From Patescibacteria group bacterium (GTDB taxonomy: Bacteria; Patescibacteriota; Patescibacteriia; UBA1558; GWA2-36-10): 64,000 bases of DNA. The position numbers were made by a program, and so were the translations under genes. The stretch is from assembly GCA_041650755.1 (NCBI GenBank), contig JBAZKN010000002.1, forward strand, positions 69,030 through 133,029. The letters are read 5' to 3'. The notes under the pieces were generated by a model, which was given only the letters and a program-made list of their open reading frames with translations, had not been told where the DNA came from and did no database searches. This document shows, piece after piece, positions 19,800 to 29,151 of this stretch (within the stretch, counting starts at the first letter, position 1; every line of letters starts with the position of its first letter).

Positions 19800-20006
19800 A
19801 TGAAAAATTTAAATGGGTTGGATTGGCTACTATTAATCCTTTTGATTATCGGCGGTTTGAATTGGGGTTTGGTTGGCCTATTTGACTTTAATTTGGTTGA
19901 AGCTCTTTTTGGCAGCGTCATGATTATTGCCAAAATCATCTATATTGTGGTGGGCGTTTCAGCTGTCTATATTTTGGCGATTTCCGGTAAATTAGCCAAG
20001 AAATAG
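19800..20006 (+). CDS. DUF378-family small membrane protein
   Basis: 68 aa with two TM segments and a GLNWGLVG motif. Confidence 0.55.
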   Translation: MKNLNGLDWLLLILLIIGGLNWGLVGLFDFNLVEALFGSVMIIAKIIYIVVGVSAVYILAISGKLAKK

Positions 20007-20174
20007 GGCTTCGGGGTAGTTTTTCTTGTCCAGTAGTCTTTAGAATTGACTTTTTAAACAGCTAGCTATAAACTTGTCTGTTAGCTGATTTTTTTGTTAG
20101 AATTAACCCCGTGAAACCTCGCGGGGCAAGACTGCCGTTAAATCTTAGGTGTTTCACGGTGGTAAGTTAGTTTA

Positions 20175-20252
20175 TCGGGGTGTAGCGCAGTTGGCTAGCG
20201 CGCAGCGTTCGGGACGCTGAGGTCGTGGGTTCGAGCCCCACCACTCCGACCA
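20175..20252 (+). tRNA. tRNA-Pro, anticodon CGG, with encoded CCA
   Basis: Acceptor CGGGGTG/CACTCCG with one G-U pair, anticodon loop TTCGGGA, T-arm GTGGGTTCGAGCCCCAC. Confidence 0.85.
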
Positions 20253-20254
20253 CT

Positions 20255-20395
20255 CGATTCGCCTCTCGACTTCGCTCGAGGCTCACTCGTGGTCTACGGC
20301 GCCCATAGCGCCTTCGACCAGTAATGTTTAATATGCGAATCGAGTGTCCTGAGCGACTCTGAGTGTAGCGAAGAGGAGTCGAAGGGCGATCAAAG
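20255..20395 (+). ncRNA. GC-rich ~140-nt imperfect long hairpin of unknown function, immediately 3' of tRNA-Pro
   Basis: ~58% GC in an AT-rich background. Nested inverted repeats: TCGATTCGCCTCTCGACTTCGCTCGAGG pairs with GCGAAGAGGAGTCGAAGGGCGATC, and GGCGC-CCATA-GCGCC sits centrally. No ORF is present. Confidence 0.3.
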
Positions 20396-20424
20396 TTAAA
20401 TAATAATGAACGAAGAAAAGCAAC

Positions 20425-20685
20425 ATGACAAAATATTATTTTTATTTAGCCCGTTGTAATGACAATACTTTATACTCCGGCTATACTAATAATATAAAGA
20501 GGCGTGAGCATCGGCATAATCTTGGTGAAGGCGCAAAATATACCAGACGCAGATTGCCCATTAAAATAATTTATTGGGAAAAATATGATACGAGAATTGA
20601 AGCAATGCGCAGAGAGACTCAAGTCAAACGATGGAGCAAAATAAAAAAAGAAAATTTAATTAAATATAAAAAACCATTAAAATAA
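20425..20685 (+). CDS. GIY-YIG nuclease-family protein (UPF0213/YhbQ-like)
   Basis: 86 aa with YYFYLARCNDNTLYSGYTNN...R..EH and a GIY-YIG core. Confidence 0.7.
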   Translation: MTKYYFYLARCNDNTLYSGYTNNIKRREHRHNLGEGAKYTRRRLPIKIIYWEKYDTRIEAMRRETQVKRWSKIKKENLIKYKKPLK

Positions 20686-20692
20686 ATTTTCC

Positions 20693-22348
20693 ATGACAAA
20701 CAAGAAAATACTTATTGCTGCTGCTTGGCCATATGCCAATGGATCATTGCATCTGGGGCATGTAGCCGGACTTTTGGGGTCAGATATACTGGCTCGGTAT
20801 TTTCGTTTGTCCGGGAATCAAGTTTTGTTTGTCTCGGGCAGTGATTGTCACGGCACGCCAATTTCTGTAGAGGCTGATCGTCAAGGCATTGCTCCGGAAA
20901 AAATTGCCGCTAAGTATCATCAAGAATTTGTCGAAAACCTGATTGGGGGCTTGGGTTTTTCTTATGATTTATATTCAAAAACCACTTCGCCATTCCACCA
21001 AAAGATTGTGCAGGATATTTTTTTGCAGCTTTATAAAAGAGGTGACATATATACCAAGACCGAGGATTTACCATATTGTATAAATTGCAAAAGATTTTTA
21101 CCGGATAGATATATAGAGGGTGAGTGTCCGGTTTGCCATTTTAATCCAGCTCGCGGTGATCAGTGTGATAATTGCGGCACCTTGCTTGACCCCAAAGATC
21201 TGATAGGTCCCAAGTGTAAGATTTGCGGAGGCACGCCCGAGTGGCGCCCATCGGAACATTTTTATTTGAAATTATCTCGCTATCAAGACAAGCTGACATC
21301 CTGGGCAAAAAAATCTACTGGTTGGCGGGCCAATGCTATTAATTTTACTATTAATTTTTTGGAGCAGGGTTTGCACGACCGGGCTATTACCCGCGACACT
21401 GACTGGGGTATCCCGGTGCCCTTAGATGGTTATGAGGGTAAAAGAATTTATGTTTGGTTTGAGGCTATTTGTGGCTATCTGACAACTAGCCAGGAGTGGG
21501 CAGCCAATAATAAAAAATCCTGGCAAGATTGGTGGCAAAAAAAAGATGCCCTGCATTATTATGTGCATGGCAAAGATAACATTCCTTTTCACGCTATTAT
21601 TTGGCCAGCGATTTTACTCGGTTGTGGTGATTTGCACTTGCCGGATAGGATCATTTCTTCAGAATACTTGACCATAGAAAGTAAACAATTTTCCAAAAGC
21701 CGCCACTGGGCAGTTTGGTTGCCGGATTTTTTATCCAGCTTTGACGGCGAAACTATCCGCTATTATCTGGTAGCCAACGGTCCAGAGACTTCGGATGCGG
21801 ATTTTTCCTGGTCAGAATATCAAGCACGCACCAATAAAGAATTGATTGGGAATTTTGGTAATTTGATTTATCGCGTTTTGTCTTTTATAAAAAATAATTT
21901 TCCGGAAGGGGTAGATTTCCCTCAAAAATTATCAGCCGAGCAGGCAGAATTTTTGCAGTTGGCTGAAGCTACCTTTCCGTCCACGGCTAAGGCGCTAGAA
22001 GCCGCTAAATTCAGAGAAGCTTTGCGCGAGGTTTTTAAATTAATAGAGGCCGGCAATCGTTTTTTGGATGCGGCTGCTCCGTGGACAAAGATAAAAAGTG
22101 ATCAAGCTCAGGCAGCTGCTGATTTGGCAGTTGTCGGGCAAGCGATCAAAGCTTTGGCTATTTTAATCAATCCATTTTTGCCGCGCAGCAGTGAAAAAAT
22201 TGCCGCCCAAATTGGTCTGTCTAATAAAGATCTTCAGTGGCAATATCCCAAAACCGGCAAATTGATGCTTGTCGATCCTAAGCCTTTGTATAAGCACATA
22301 GAGGACAGTGAAGTAGAGGCGCAGAGAAATAAATTAGGTAAAGCATAA
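20693..22348 (+). CDS. metG: Methionyl-tRNA synthetase, short form without a C-terminal tRNA-binding domain
   Basis: HLGH (HIGH-type) motif, Zn knuckles CPVC...CDNC and CKIC, and KFSKS (KMSKS-type) motif. Confidence 0.95.
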   Translation: MTNKKILIAAAWPYANGSLHLGHVAGLLGSDILARYFRLSGNQVLFVSGSDCHGTPISVEADRQGIAPEKIAAKYHQEFVENLIGGLGFSYDLYSKTTSPFHQKIVQDIFLQLYKRGDIYTKTEDLPYCINCKRFLPDRYIEGECPVCHFNPARGDQCDNCGTLLDPKDLIGPKCKICGGTPEWRPSEHFYLKLSRYQDKLTSWAKKSTGWRANAINFTINFLEQGLHDRAITRDTDWGIPVPLDGYEGKRIYVWFEAICGYLTTSQEWAANNKKSWQDWWQKKDALHYYVHGKDNIPFHAIIWPAILLGCGDLHLPDRIISSEYLTIESKQFSKSRHWAVWLPDFLSSFDGETIRYYLVANGPETSDADFSWSEYQARTNKELIGNFGNLIYRVLSFIKNNFPEGVDFPQKLSAEQAEFLQLAEATFPSTAKALEAAKFREALREVFKLIEAGNRFLDAAAPWTKIKSDQAQAAADLAVVGQAIKALAILINPFLPRSSEKIAAQIGLSNKDLQWQYPKTGKLMLVDPKPLYKHIEDSEVEAQRNKLGKA

Positions 22349-22355
22349 ATATCTT

Positions 22356-22432
22356 GGGCCAATAGCTCAGCTGGCTAGAGCGCTGCATTCGCATTGCAGA
22401 GGTGGTGGGTTCGAATCCCACTTGGTCCACCA
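22356..22432 (+). tRNA. tRNA-Ala, anticodon CGC, with encoded CCA
   Basis: Acceptor GGGCCAA/TTGGTCC with the G3:U70 Ala identity pair; anticodon loop TTCGCAT. Confidence 0.85.
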
Positions 22433-22441
22433 ATAAAATTT

Positions 22442-23473
22442 ATGTTAGATGAATACGATGTAATTATTGTTGGAGGGGGACCGGCGGGATTAAGTTGTGC
22501 CATTGAATTGCAAAAAGCAGACCTAAGCGTTCTTTTGTTGGAAAAGAATGGAGCGATTGGTCCCAAAGTCTGCGCTGGCGGCATAACCACCAAAATTAAA
22601 GATGTTGATATACCCTTGGATACTGCCGAGGTTTTATTTTCTTCCATTAATGTATCTTTTCTGGATAAAAAAGTATCAATTTCTCAAGAAAACATTCCTT
22701 TTGTTGGCACGATTGATCGGGAGAAATTAGGAGAATTTTTGTTGAAAAGAATATCTGATAAAGTTACTGTCAAAACAAACTGTAATGTGTCTCAAGTGGG
22801 GGATGATTTTATTGTAGCCGATGGCCAAAGAATAAGATATAAGTATCTAGTTGGAGCCGATGGCAGTCATTCTATAGTGAGAAAATTTTTAGGTTTAAAA
22901 AATAATAAATTTATTACCGCTATTCAATATTTAGTATCAAGTAACCATAAAAATTTAGAATTTTTTATCGACATTGATTTATTCGGGTCCGGCTATGCTT
23001 GGATTTTTCCTCACCAGAGCTATACTTCGATTGGCTGCGGCCAAGGAATACGAAATAATCAACCTTCAGATTTATCAAAGAATTTTGTTTCATGGCTAGA
23101 GAAAAAAAAGATATCAGTCGCAGGTCTTAAATTGCAAGGCTGGACAATAAACATTGATTATCGGGGGTTTGAGTTTGGCAATAAATTTTTAGTTGGTGAT
23201 GCTGGCGGCTTTGCATCTGGTTTGACCGGCGAGGGCATTTATTTTGCCTTAGTTTCCGGCAGGGAGGTAGCCAGAAAAATACTTGATCCAAAATATAAAT
23301 GTAGAAAAATAATAGAAATATTGAGAATAAAGCGCCATCACGAAAGAGCCATTTCATTTATTTCTTTTTTAATTAAATTTAATAAAATATTAGCCAGCAG
23401 CTTTATTAAATTTTCTCTTAACTTAGCCAGACACAGGTGGTTTGCAAAGAAGCTAATTAATAATTACGGGTAA
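22442..23473 (+). CDS. FAD-dependent oxidoreductase of the geranylgeranyl-reductase family
   Basis: N-terminal GxGxxG FAD fold (VIIVGGGPAGLSCA), KVCAGGI motif, and GDAGGF near the C-terminus. Confidence 0.65.
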   Translation: MLDEYDVIIVGGGPAGLSCAIELQKADLSVLLLEKNGAIGPKVCAGGITTKIKDVDIPLDTAEVLFSSINVSFLDKKVSISQENIPFVGTIDREKLGEFLLKRISDKVTVKTNCNVSQVGDDFIVADGQRIRYKYLVGADGSHSIVRKFLGLKNNKFITAIQYLVSSNHKNLEFFIDIDLFGSGYAWIFPHQSYTSIGCGQGIRNNQPSDLSKNFVSWLEKKKISVAGLKLQGWTINIDYRGFEFGNKFLVGDAGGFASGLTGEGIYFALVSGREVARKILDPKYKCRKIIEILRIKRHHERAISFISFLIKFNKILASSFIKFSLNLARHRWFAKKLINNYG

Positions 23474-23477
23474 TTTT

Positions 23478-24446
23478 ATGTTAAGCAAGCAATACTTATC
23501 TTCAGATATTTTGGATAATATTTTACAGCCCTTTACGTTGGCAGAAATAACCAAAATTGAACCAGTGGCAACCAGCGGTAATATTGCCTATAAAATAGAG
23601 ACCAAAAATGGCGCTTATTTTTTTCGTCTTTGTCCAACTGGCCCACGCTGGCGAAGTAGTGAGGAGATCGCTGCTGAAATAGAATTATTAGATTATTTAT
23701 ATCAGCACAAATTACCGGTATTGCCAGCTCTGTCTGATAAAAATGGTCAGCGGATTATTTCTTGGCAAGGGCAATATGGCTATTTGCGGAAGTTTGTGGA
23801 TGCGCAAGAAAAATTAGATACCGGTATAGGAGAAATAGAAAAATTTGGGTCAATGATTGGCAGCTTACATGAGCTATTACAAAATTTTAAAACAATAAAC
23901 AAACGAGAACATATTTTTAATCCCGCACACACCAAAGAATATTTTTTTACCAATAAAAATAAGATTCTGCAGAGCGACTTTCCAGACTCAAAAAAATTTG
24001 TGGATAAATTTGAACAAGAAATTTGTTCACTAGAATTTCCCGATGATTTGCCAGCTGGTTTGATCCATGAAGACTTAGGCAGGCGTCATGTGCTTTGGTG
24101 CAATGACGAAATTACGGCAGTGATTGATTTTGACCGTTGTTATTTTGGCAAATTTATTTGGGATTTAGGTCAGGCAGCCAGAGGCTGGTGCTTTAGTCGC
24201 GATTGGCACTCATGGCAAGCAGAAAATTTTATCGCTTTACTCAAAGGTTATCAGACAAAAAGAGTTTTAACTGATTTGGAAAAAGAATATTTACCCATGG
24301 CAATTAGATTTGCTATTTTAGAAAGAGCCCTATCTTTTTGTTTACGTTTTATAGATGTGACTCAAGACGAGGAGGATGCTAGATTTGCCAAACAAAGTTT
24401 ATTTTCTCAACTAGAAATAATTAAACAAATAAAAACAGCCGCCTAG
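23478..24446 (+). CDS. APH/homoserine-kinase-II-family phosphotransferase
   Basis: LIHEDLGRRHVLW (HxDxxxxN-like) and IDFD motifs, in a ~320-aa protein. Confidence 0.6.
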   Translation: MLSKQYLSSDILDNILQPFTLAEITKIEPVATSGNIAYKIETKNGAYFFRLCPTGPRWRSSEEIAAEIELLDYLYQHKLPVLPALSDKNGQRIISWQGQYGYLRKFVDAQEKLDTGIGEIEKFGSMIGSLHELLQNFKTINKREHIFNPAHTKEYFFTNKNKILQSDFPDSKKFVDKFEQEICSLEFPDDLPAGLIHEDLGRRHVLWCNDEITAVIDFDRCYFGKFIWDLGQAARGWCFSRDWHSWQAENFIALLKGYQTKRVLTDLEKEYLPMAIRFAILERALSFCLRFIDVTQDEEDARFAKQSLFSQLEIIKQIKTAA

Positions 24447-24468
24447 TCCTCCCGAACTAGACGGTTGT

Positions 24469-25023
24469 TTAGCCGGACGGCCAGATGAACTTTGGGCCGT
24501 TTTTGCTCCACCGCGATTTCACGATGCAGACACTGACGCCTGACGCACGCAGGGCAATCATGTCCTCACATAGCCATTTTCGGCGCAAACGCATGTTGCG
24601 CCATAGTTGCTTGGCAATGCTCCGGAGGTTCCTCTTGTCGCGAGGCTTGCCCGAGCCCCGCCAACCCAGCTCTGCTTCCCAGCTGTGGTGTCCAGACCGA
24701 TACCAGTGTGGTATACGGTTGAGCCAGAACATGAGCTGAGAGAAGAAGGAGGGGTAGAGGTAGATGATGAAGTCATAGGACTTTAGGGGTAGGACGGCAT
24801 CTTTCAGCGTGGCGTGTACATCTTCAATGATATACGAGGTGTCGGTCCGGAATTCGGCGGGTAGCTCGGTGAGGATGTCGGCGTCGCGTTGGTCGCGCAG
24901 TTCGGGGAAGTGATCGGCGTCAAAATGTAACACCAGACAGCCCCTGCTCTTCAGACCCTGTACGATACTTCGGCGCAATGTGCTTTTGCCCGTGATCCCA
25001 ATGCCAGTGATTAGCATTTTCAT
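24469..25023 (-). CDS. P-loop NTPase, putative small-molecule or nucleoside kinase, in GC-rich islet 2
   Basis: Walker A GITGKST at residue 8. Strong SD GGAGGTGA 6 nt before the ATG. Local GC is ~55%. Confidence 0.5.
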   Translation of the reverse strand: MKMLITGIGITGKSTLRRSIVQGLKSRGCLVLHFDADHFPELRDQRDADILTELPAEFRTDTSYIIEDVHATLKDAVLPLKSYDFIIYLYPSFFSQLMFWLNRIPHWYRSGHHSWEAELGWRGSGKPRDKRNLRSIAKQLWRNMRLRRKWLCEDMIALRASGVSVCIVKSRWSKNGPKFIWPSG

Positions 25024-25203
25024 GATCTCACCTCCTTTATGGGTGATTTCGCGGTGGATTGTGGAATGTTCGGAAAATAATAATATAGCAAAAATAGACA
25101 CTTTTGTCAATAGTAGATAATTTCCAATAAAATGTCCTTGATATTATGGGCTGTTTATATTAAAGTATATAAGCATAAGATTAATTTAAATATTTAATTA
25201 AGC

Positions 25204-27549
25204 ATGTCGGAGCGATATAATTTTACAGATCGAGAAGAGCACTGGCGCAAGTTTTGGGAAAGCGAGGAGATTTTTAAATTTAATCCTCATACCAAAAAAC
25301 CAATTTATTCGGTTGATACACCGCCACCCTATGTTTCGGCTGACCACTTGCACCCCGGGCACATCATGAGCTATTCGCAGGCCGAATTTGTGGTACGTTA
25401 CAAAAGAATGGCTGGTTGTGAGGTTTATTATCCCATGGGATTTGATGATAATGGCCTGCCTACCGAAAGGTATGTGGAAAAAAAATATAATCTTGATAAA
25501 AATAAAATTTCCCGAGCGGATTTTATTGCCAAATGTCTGGCGGAAACTAAGATTGGTGTTCAGACTTACCGTAGCTTGTGGCGACTCCTGGGCATTTCAG
25601 TTGATTGGAGTAAGACCTATAGCACCATTGATGCTCATTGCCAGCGGATTTCCCAATGGTCATTTCTTGATTTGTATAAAAAGGGAAAATTAGAGCGTCG
25701 TGATGAGCCGACTAGTTGGTGTCCGGCTTGTCAGACGGCAGTGTCGCAAGCTGACCTTGAGGATAAAGAAGAAGACAGTAATTTAAATTATATTAATTTC
25801 TCAGGCTCCAGTGGCCAGGATTTATTGATTGCCACTACCAGGCCAGAGCTACTTCCGGCCTGTGTGGCTCTATTTGTCAATCCGCAAGACAAAAGATATC
25901 TTGGTTTAATTAGCCAAAAAGTCACGGTGCCAATTTTTGGCCAAACAGTCCCAATTTTGACCGATGAAAGCGTGGATATAAATTTTGGTACAGGCTTAAT
26001 GATGGTTTGCACCTGGGGAGATACCGAAGATGTGCGTAAATATCGGCTCAACAATTTGCCGTCCAGAGCAGTGATTAATCCAAATGGGACTTTGGGCGAA
26101 TTGGCCGGTGAGTTTTCTGGTCTGTCGATAAATAAAGCCCGAGCCGCTATTTTAGAAAAATTGCAAGCCAGTGGTAAGCTAGTCAAGCAAGAGAAAATAA
26201 AACATGTCCTTAATGTGCACGAGCGCTGCGGCACGCCGGTAGAGCTTATTCAGACTAAACAGTGGTTTATAAAAGTTCTGAATATAAAAGACCAACTGAT
26301 CAAGCAAGCCGATAAGATGAAGTGGTATCCGCAATATATGAAACAGCGTTATTTAGATTGGACTAAATCTTTGCAATGGGACTGGTGCATTTCGCGGCAG
26401 CGATATTATGGTGTGCCATTTCCAGTCTGGTATTGTGCGGATTGCGGCGAAGAGATTTTGCCGGCCGTTGAAGATTTGCCGGTTGACCCGACTGTCCAGG
26501 CACCAAAAATAAAGGCTTGCCCAAAGTGTAAGTCCACAACATTTGTGCCCGAAAAAGACGTGATGGATACTTGGATGACTTCGTCAATGACACCCAATAT
26601 TGGCGCAGAATTGTTTGAAGAAAAAGTTGCCAAAAAATTATATCCAGCCACTTTACGGCCGCAAGCTTATGATATTATCCGTACCTGGTTGTTTTATGCG
26701 GTAGTCAAGTCTTTTTATCATTTCCAGAGTATACCTTTCAGAGACATTATGATTTCCGGGCACGGCCAGGATTCAAAGGGCCAAAAGTTTTCCAAGCGCT
26801 TGGGTAATTTTGTTTCGCCGGATAAAGTGATAAGCCAATTTGGTGCTGATGCTATGCGCTACTGGACCACGGGAGCAAATTTGGGAGAAAATTTGCGCTA
26901 CAATGAAGATGAGATTAAGCGCGGTAGTCGGGCAGTGACCAAAATTTTTAATGTAGCCAAATTTTGTTTAGGGCACTTTGTCTTTAAAGATTATTCCAAA
27001 ATGCCCAGTAAACTGGAGCCGGAAGATGTTTGGATTTTATCTAACTTAAATCATACTATCCTAGCCGTAACCAAACATTTTGAGGAGTATCAATATGCCA
27101 AAGCGGTCAGCCAAATAGACGATTTTTTCTGGAATCAGCTGTGTGATAATTATATTGAATTTGTCAAACCGCGGCTTTATGCTGATACTTCGGACGAGAC
27201 CGCCAAGGCTGTTTTGTATCGGGTGCTTTTAAGCGTGATAAGGCTCTATGCTCCGATTCTACCTTTTATTACCGAGGAAGTCTATCAACAATATTTTGTA
27301 AAATTTGAAAAAGTAAAAAGTATACATTTGAGTAGCTGGCCAAAAAATTTGACTGATATAAAATTTGACAAAGATACATTAGCTTCATTTGGCCTAGCCG
27401 TAGAAGCAGTTGCGGAAATCAGGAAATATAAATCCGAGCAAAAAATTTCTTTAGGGAAAGAGATAGAGGATTATAAATTGCAAACCAAAGTTGATAAAAA
27501 ATATCTAAAGTTTATCGGGCAAGTTATCAAAGTAAAAAATCTGCAATAA
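25204..27549 (+). CDS. valS: Valyl-tRNA synthetase, compact form
   Basis: PPPYVS...HLHPGH (HIGH-type) motif, editing-domain TTRPE motif, and KFSKR (KMSKS-type) motif. At 781 aa it lacks the C-terminal coiled coil. Confidence 0.8.
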   Translation: MSERYNFTDREEHWRKFWESEEIFKFNPHTKKPIYSVDTPPPYVSADHLHPGHIMSYSQAEFVVRYKRMAGCEVYYPMGFDDNGLPTERYVEKKYNLDKNKISRADFIAKCLAETKIGVQTYRSLWRLLGISVDWSKTYSTIDAHCQRISQWSFLDLYKKGKLERRDEPTSWCPACQTAVSQADLEDKEEDSNLNYINFSGSSGQDLLIATTRPELLPACVALFVNPQDKRYLGLISQKVTVPIFGQTVPILTDESVDINFGTGLMMVCTWGDTEDVRKYRLNNLPSRAVINPNGTLGELAGEFSGLSINKARAAILEKLQASGKLVKQEKIKHVLNVHERCGTPVELIQTKQWFIKVLNIKDQLIKQADKMKWYPQYMKQRYLDWTKSLQWDWCISRQRYYGVPFPVWYCADCGEEILPAVEDLPVDPTVQAPKIKACPKCKSTTFVPEKDVMDTWMTSSMTPNIGAELFEEKVAKKLYPATLRPQAYDIIRTWLFYAVVKSFYHFQSIPFRDIMISGHGQDSKGQKFSKRLGNFVSPDKVISQFGADAMRYWTTGANLGENLRYNEDEIKRGSRAVTKIFNVAKFCLGHFVFKDYSKMPSKLEPEDVWILSNLNHTILAVTKHFEEYQYAKAVSQIDDFFWNQLCDNYIEFVKPRLYADTSDETAKAVLYRVLLSVIRLYAPILPFITEEVYQQYFVKFEKVKSIHLSSWPKNLTDIKFDKDTLASFGLAVEAVAEIRKYKSEQKISLGKEIEDYKLQTKVDKKYLKFIGQVIKVKNLQ

Positions 27550-27585
27550 TCTTGAATACCTTTATTTTGGCGGTAATTTACCTAC

Positions 27586-27614
27586 TTGCCTTTTTATTAT
27601 AATAGTATTATATT
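27586..27614 (+). promoter_or_regulatory. Candidate sigma70-type promoter for tRNA-Leu
   Basis: TTGCCT, 17 nt, TATATT, ending ~16 nt before the tRNA 5' end. Confidence 0.3.
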
Positions 27615-27630
27615 TCCAGCGGACTTATTT

Positions 27631-27718
27631 GCCGAAGTGGCGAAACTTGGTAGACGCGCATGGTTCAGGGCCATGTGATCGCAAGGTCGTGAGGGTTCAA
27701 ATCCCTCCTTCGGCACCA
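27631..27718 (+). tRNA. tRNA-Leu, anticodon CAG, with long variable arm and encoded CCA
   Basis: Acceptor GCCGAAG/CTTCGGC, anticodon loop TTCAGGG, long variable arm, T-arm GAGGGTTCAAATCCCTC. Confidence 0.85.
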
Positions 27719-27835
27719 AATATTATATGAGCACTAGTAAACTAGTGTTTTTTGTTGCTTGACTTATCGGATTAATTGGCCTATATTATTAGGCGGTTTA
27801 GATGTTCCTTGGTTTTCTGCCGAAGGGAGTGAGCT

Positions 27836-28213
27836 ATGAAGAAGCTTAGCAAAGTTATGCTGGTTGCTCGTGGTGCCGAGGCTTTGAAGAGCTTACAGGG
27901 CATGTGGGGTCGCGCTCAGGTAGATCAGCTGGCTGAGCTAATCCCAGCTATGAGTTTCCGTTCGGTGCGGGCAACTCAGCGGCTGGTGCGGAAGAATCAG
28001 CCGTCAGTGGTGGTCATTGGTCATGGCTTTGCTGATCAGCCGTTCTTCGGCGACGAGCTTATTCAAGCCATCAGGGCTGCTTGCCCCAGCTGTCTCGTCA
28101 TCTGCATCAACGGCGGTTTATTTTTGACTGCTGTTCACAGCCAGGTCGACTTTCGTATTAAGGGTAGTCCAGAAAATCTGCGGACAACCCTTTTGGCTAT
28201 CCGTGCTCGGTAG
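27836..28213 (+). CDS. Hypothetical protein in GC-rich islet 3, possibly a degenerate receiver-like fold
   Basis: SD AAGGGAG before the ATG, ~58% GC, and a terminator directly downstream. Confidence 0.4.
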   Translation: MKKLSKVMLVARGAEALKSLQGMWGRAQVDQLAELIPAMSFRSVRATQRLVRKNQPSVVVIGHGFADQPFFGDELIQAIRAACPSCLVICINGGLFLTAVHSQVDFRIKGSPENLRTTLLAIRAR

Positions 28214-28229
28214 ATCAAGATCTAGGGTG

Positions 28230-28284
28230 GGTGCTGGCGTCAGCACCTTTTTATATAAAAAAATGCCGTCCAGGATGGACGGCA
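28230..28284. terminator. Pair of back-to-back rho-independent terminators between convergent islet genes
   Basis: On the + strand, GGTGCTG-gcgt-CAGCACC followed by TTTTT. On the minus strand, TGCCGTCC-tcct-GGACGGCA followed by TTTTTTT. Confidence 0.55.
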
Positions 28285-28298
28285 CGCAGAAGGAGTTT

Positions 28299-28811
28299 TC
28301 AAGCCTCCAGGCGCCTGGCAGAGGCGGGGTTTTGCCATCTTCTCCGCGGCACGCGGAGAGGTACGATAGGCGCCAGGCGGGGCGGTTTGCTTCGGGTCGC
28401 CCGCGAAGTAGGCATGAAACGCGCATGTGAGGGGAAAGATGCAATGATGCGACTACGAGCAGCAGATGGCCTGTCGTTAGCAACTGCCGTAACCTTAGCA
28501 ACTACTGCTTCGGGGATTTCCTCAATATCCATGTACATATCAGCCAAGTCGCCAAAAAGGCCGCGACGTAGGCCATAAAACATCAGCGCCTCATAGCCCA
28601 TGCCAACAATAGCTTCTTGGTCGAGGTCGAGCTTGACCAGATCGTCTGGGCTCAAGACTGCCCAATTGCCCCTGTGTCGAGGCATAGGATTCGGGATAGA
28701 CAGAAAGAGATATTCGCCGGGCGGCAAAGTGAAGCTAGCTTCTTGGTAGGGATCAGTGCTCAATACGTGGTATAGCACCCGAGGGAATTCTGTGACCACG
28801 CGTAGTGGCAT
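28299..28811 (-). CDS. Hypothetical protein in GC-rich islet 3
   Basis: Start chosen at MPLRV because of the strong SD GAAGGAGAGGG 2 nt upstream. The C-terminal third is R/P/S/A-rich low-complexity sequence. Confidence 0.35.
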   Translation of the reverse strand: MPLRVVTEFPRVLYHVLSTDPYQEASFTLPPGEYLFLSIPNPMPRHRGNWAVLSPDDLVKLDLDQEAIVGMGYEALMFYGLRRGLFGDLADMYMDIEEIPEAVVAKVTAVANDRPSAARSRIIASFPSHARFMPTSRATRSKPPRLAPIVPLRVPRRRWQNPASARRLEA

Positions 28812-28907
28812 GACCCTCTCCTTCGAGATGTTGAGGTACAGAAATCGGCTGCCACCGTTTTGCGTGAAGATAGTGGCAACCTCCATTTAAATTATAGAAT
28901 ATGCAAG

Positions 28908-28936
28908 TTGACTTTACAAGCTAAATAAAATATTCT
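28908..28936 (+). promoter_or_regulatory. Candidate sigma70-type promoter for tRNA-Ser
   Basis: TTGACT, 17 nt, TATTCT, ending ~20 nt upstream of the tRNA. Confidence 0.3.
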
Positions 28937-28956
28937 AAAGTATGAGGTTGAATTGA

Positions 28957-29047
28957 GGTGGGATGGCCGAGTGGTTGAAGGCGCCGCACTCGAAATGCGG
29001 TATACTCAAAAAGGGTATCGGGGGTTCGAATCCCTCTCCCACCGCCA
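28957..29047 (+). tRNA. tRNA-Ser, anticodon CGA, with long variable arm and encoded CCA
   Basis: Anticodon loop CTCGAAA, long variable arm TATACTCAAAAAGGGTATC, T-arm GGGGGTTCGAATCCCTC. Confidence 0.85.
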
Positions 29048-29151
29048 AGTTATATAAAGGTGAGAATCTTTACCCGCCGAAGCTTTAGCGCAGGTGGGCT
29101 TCCGCCTCCGCCAGATCTTAAATTAGTATTTTTAGATAGACATTATTTTAT

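Noticed and set aside
22375-22647. 90-aa minus-strand ORF and the 5' extension of the + ORF 22394..22441 across tRNA-Ala
   Set aside because: Both overlap the tRNA-Ala gene. The flavoprotein start at ATG 22442 gives a canonical GxGxxG N-terminus.
24485-24776. ORFs 24485..24739 (+) and 24558..24776 (minus) in GC islet 2
   Set aside because: Both are antisense to or overlap the P-loop kinase gene, which has a Walker A motif and a strong SD. They are GC-driven open frames.
28118-28578. Three overlapping ORFs (28118..28501 minus, 28203..28430 +, 28231..28578 +) in GC islet 3
   Set aside because: They run straight through the two terminator hairpins, and their products are Arg/Pro/Ala-rich as expected from translating GC-rich non-coding DNA.
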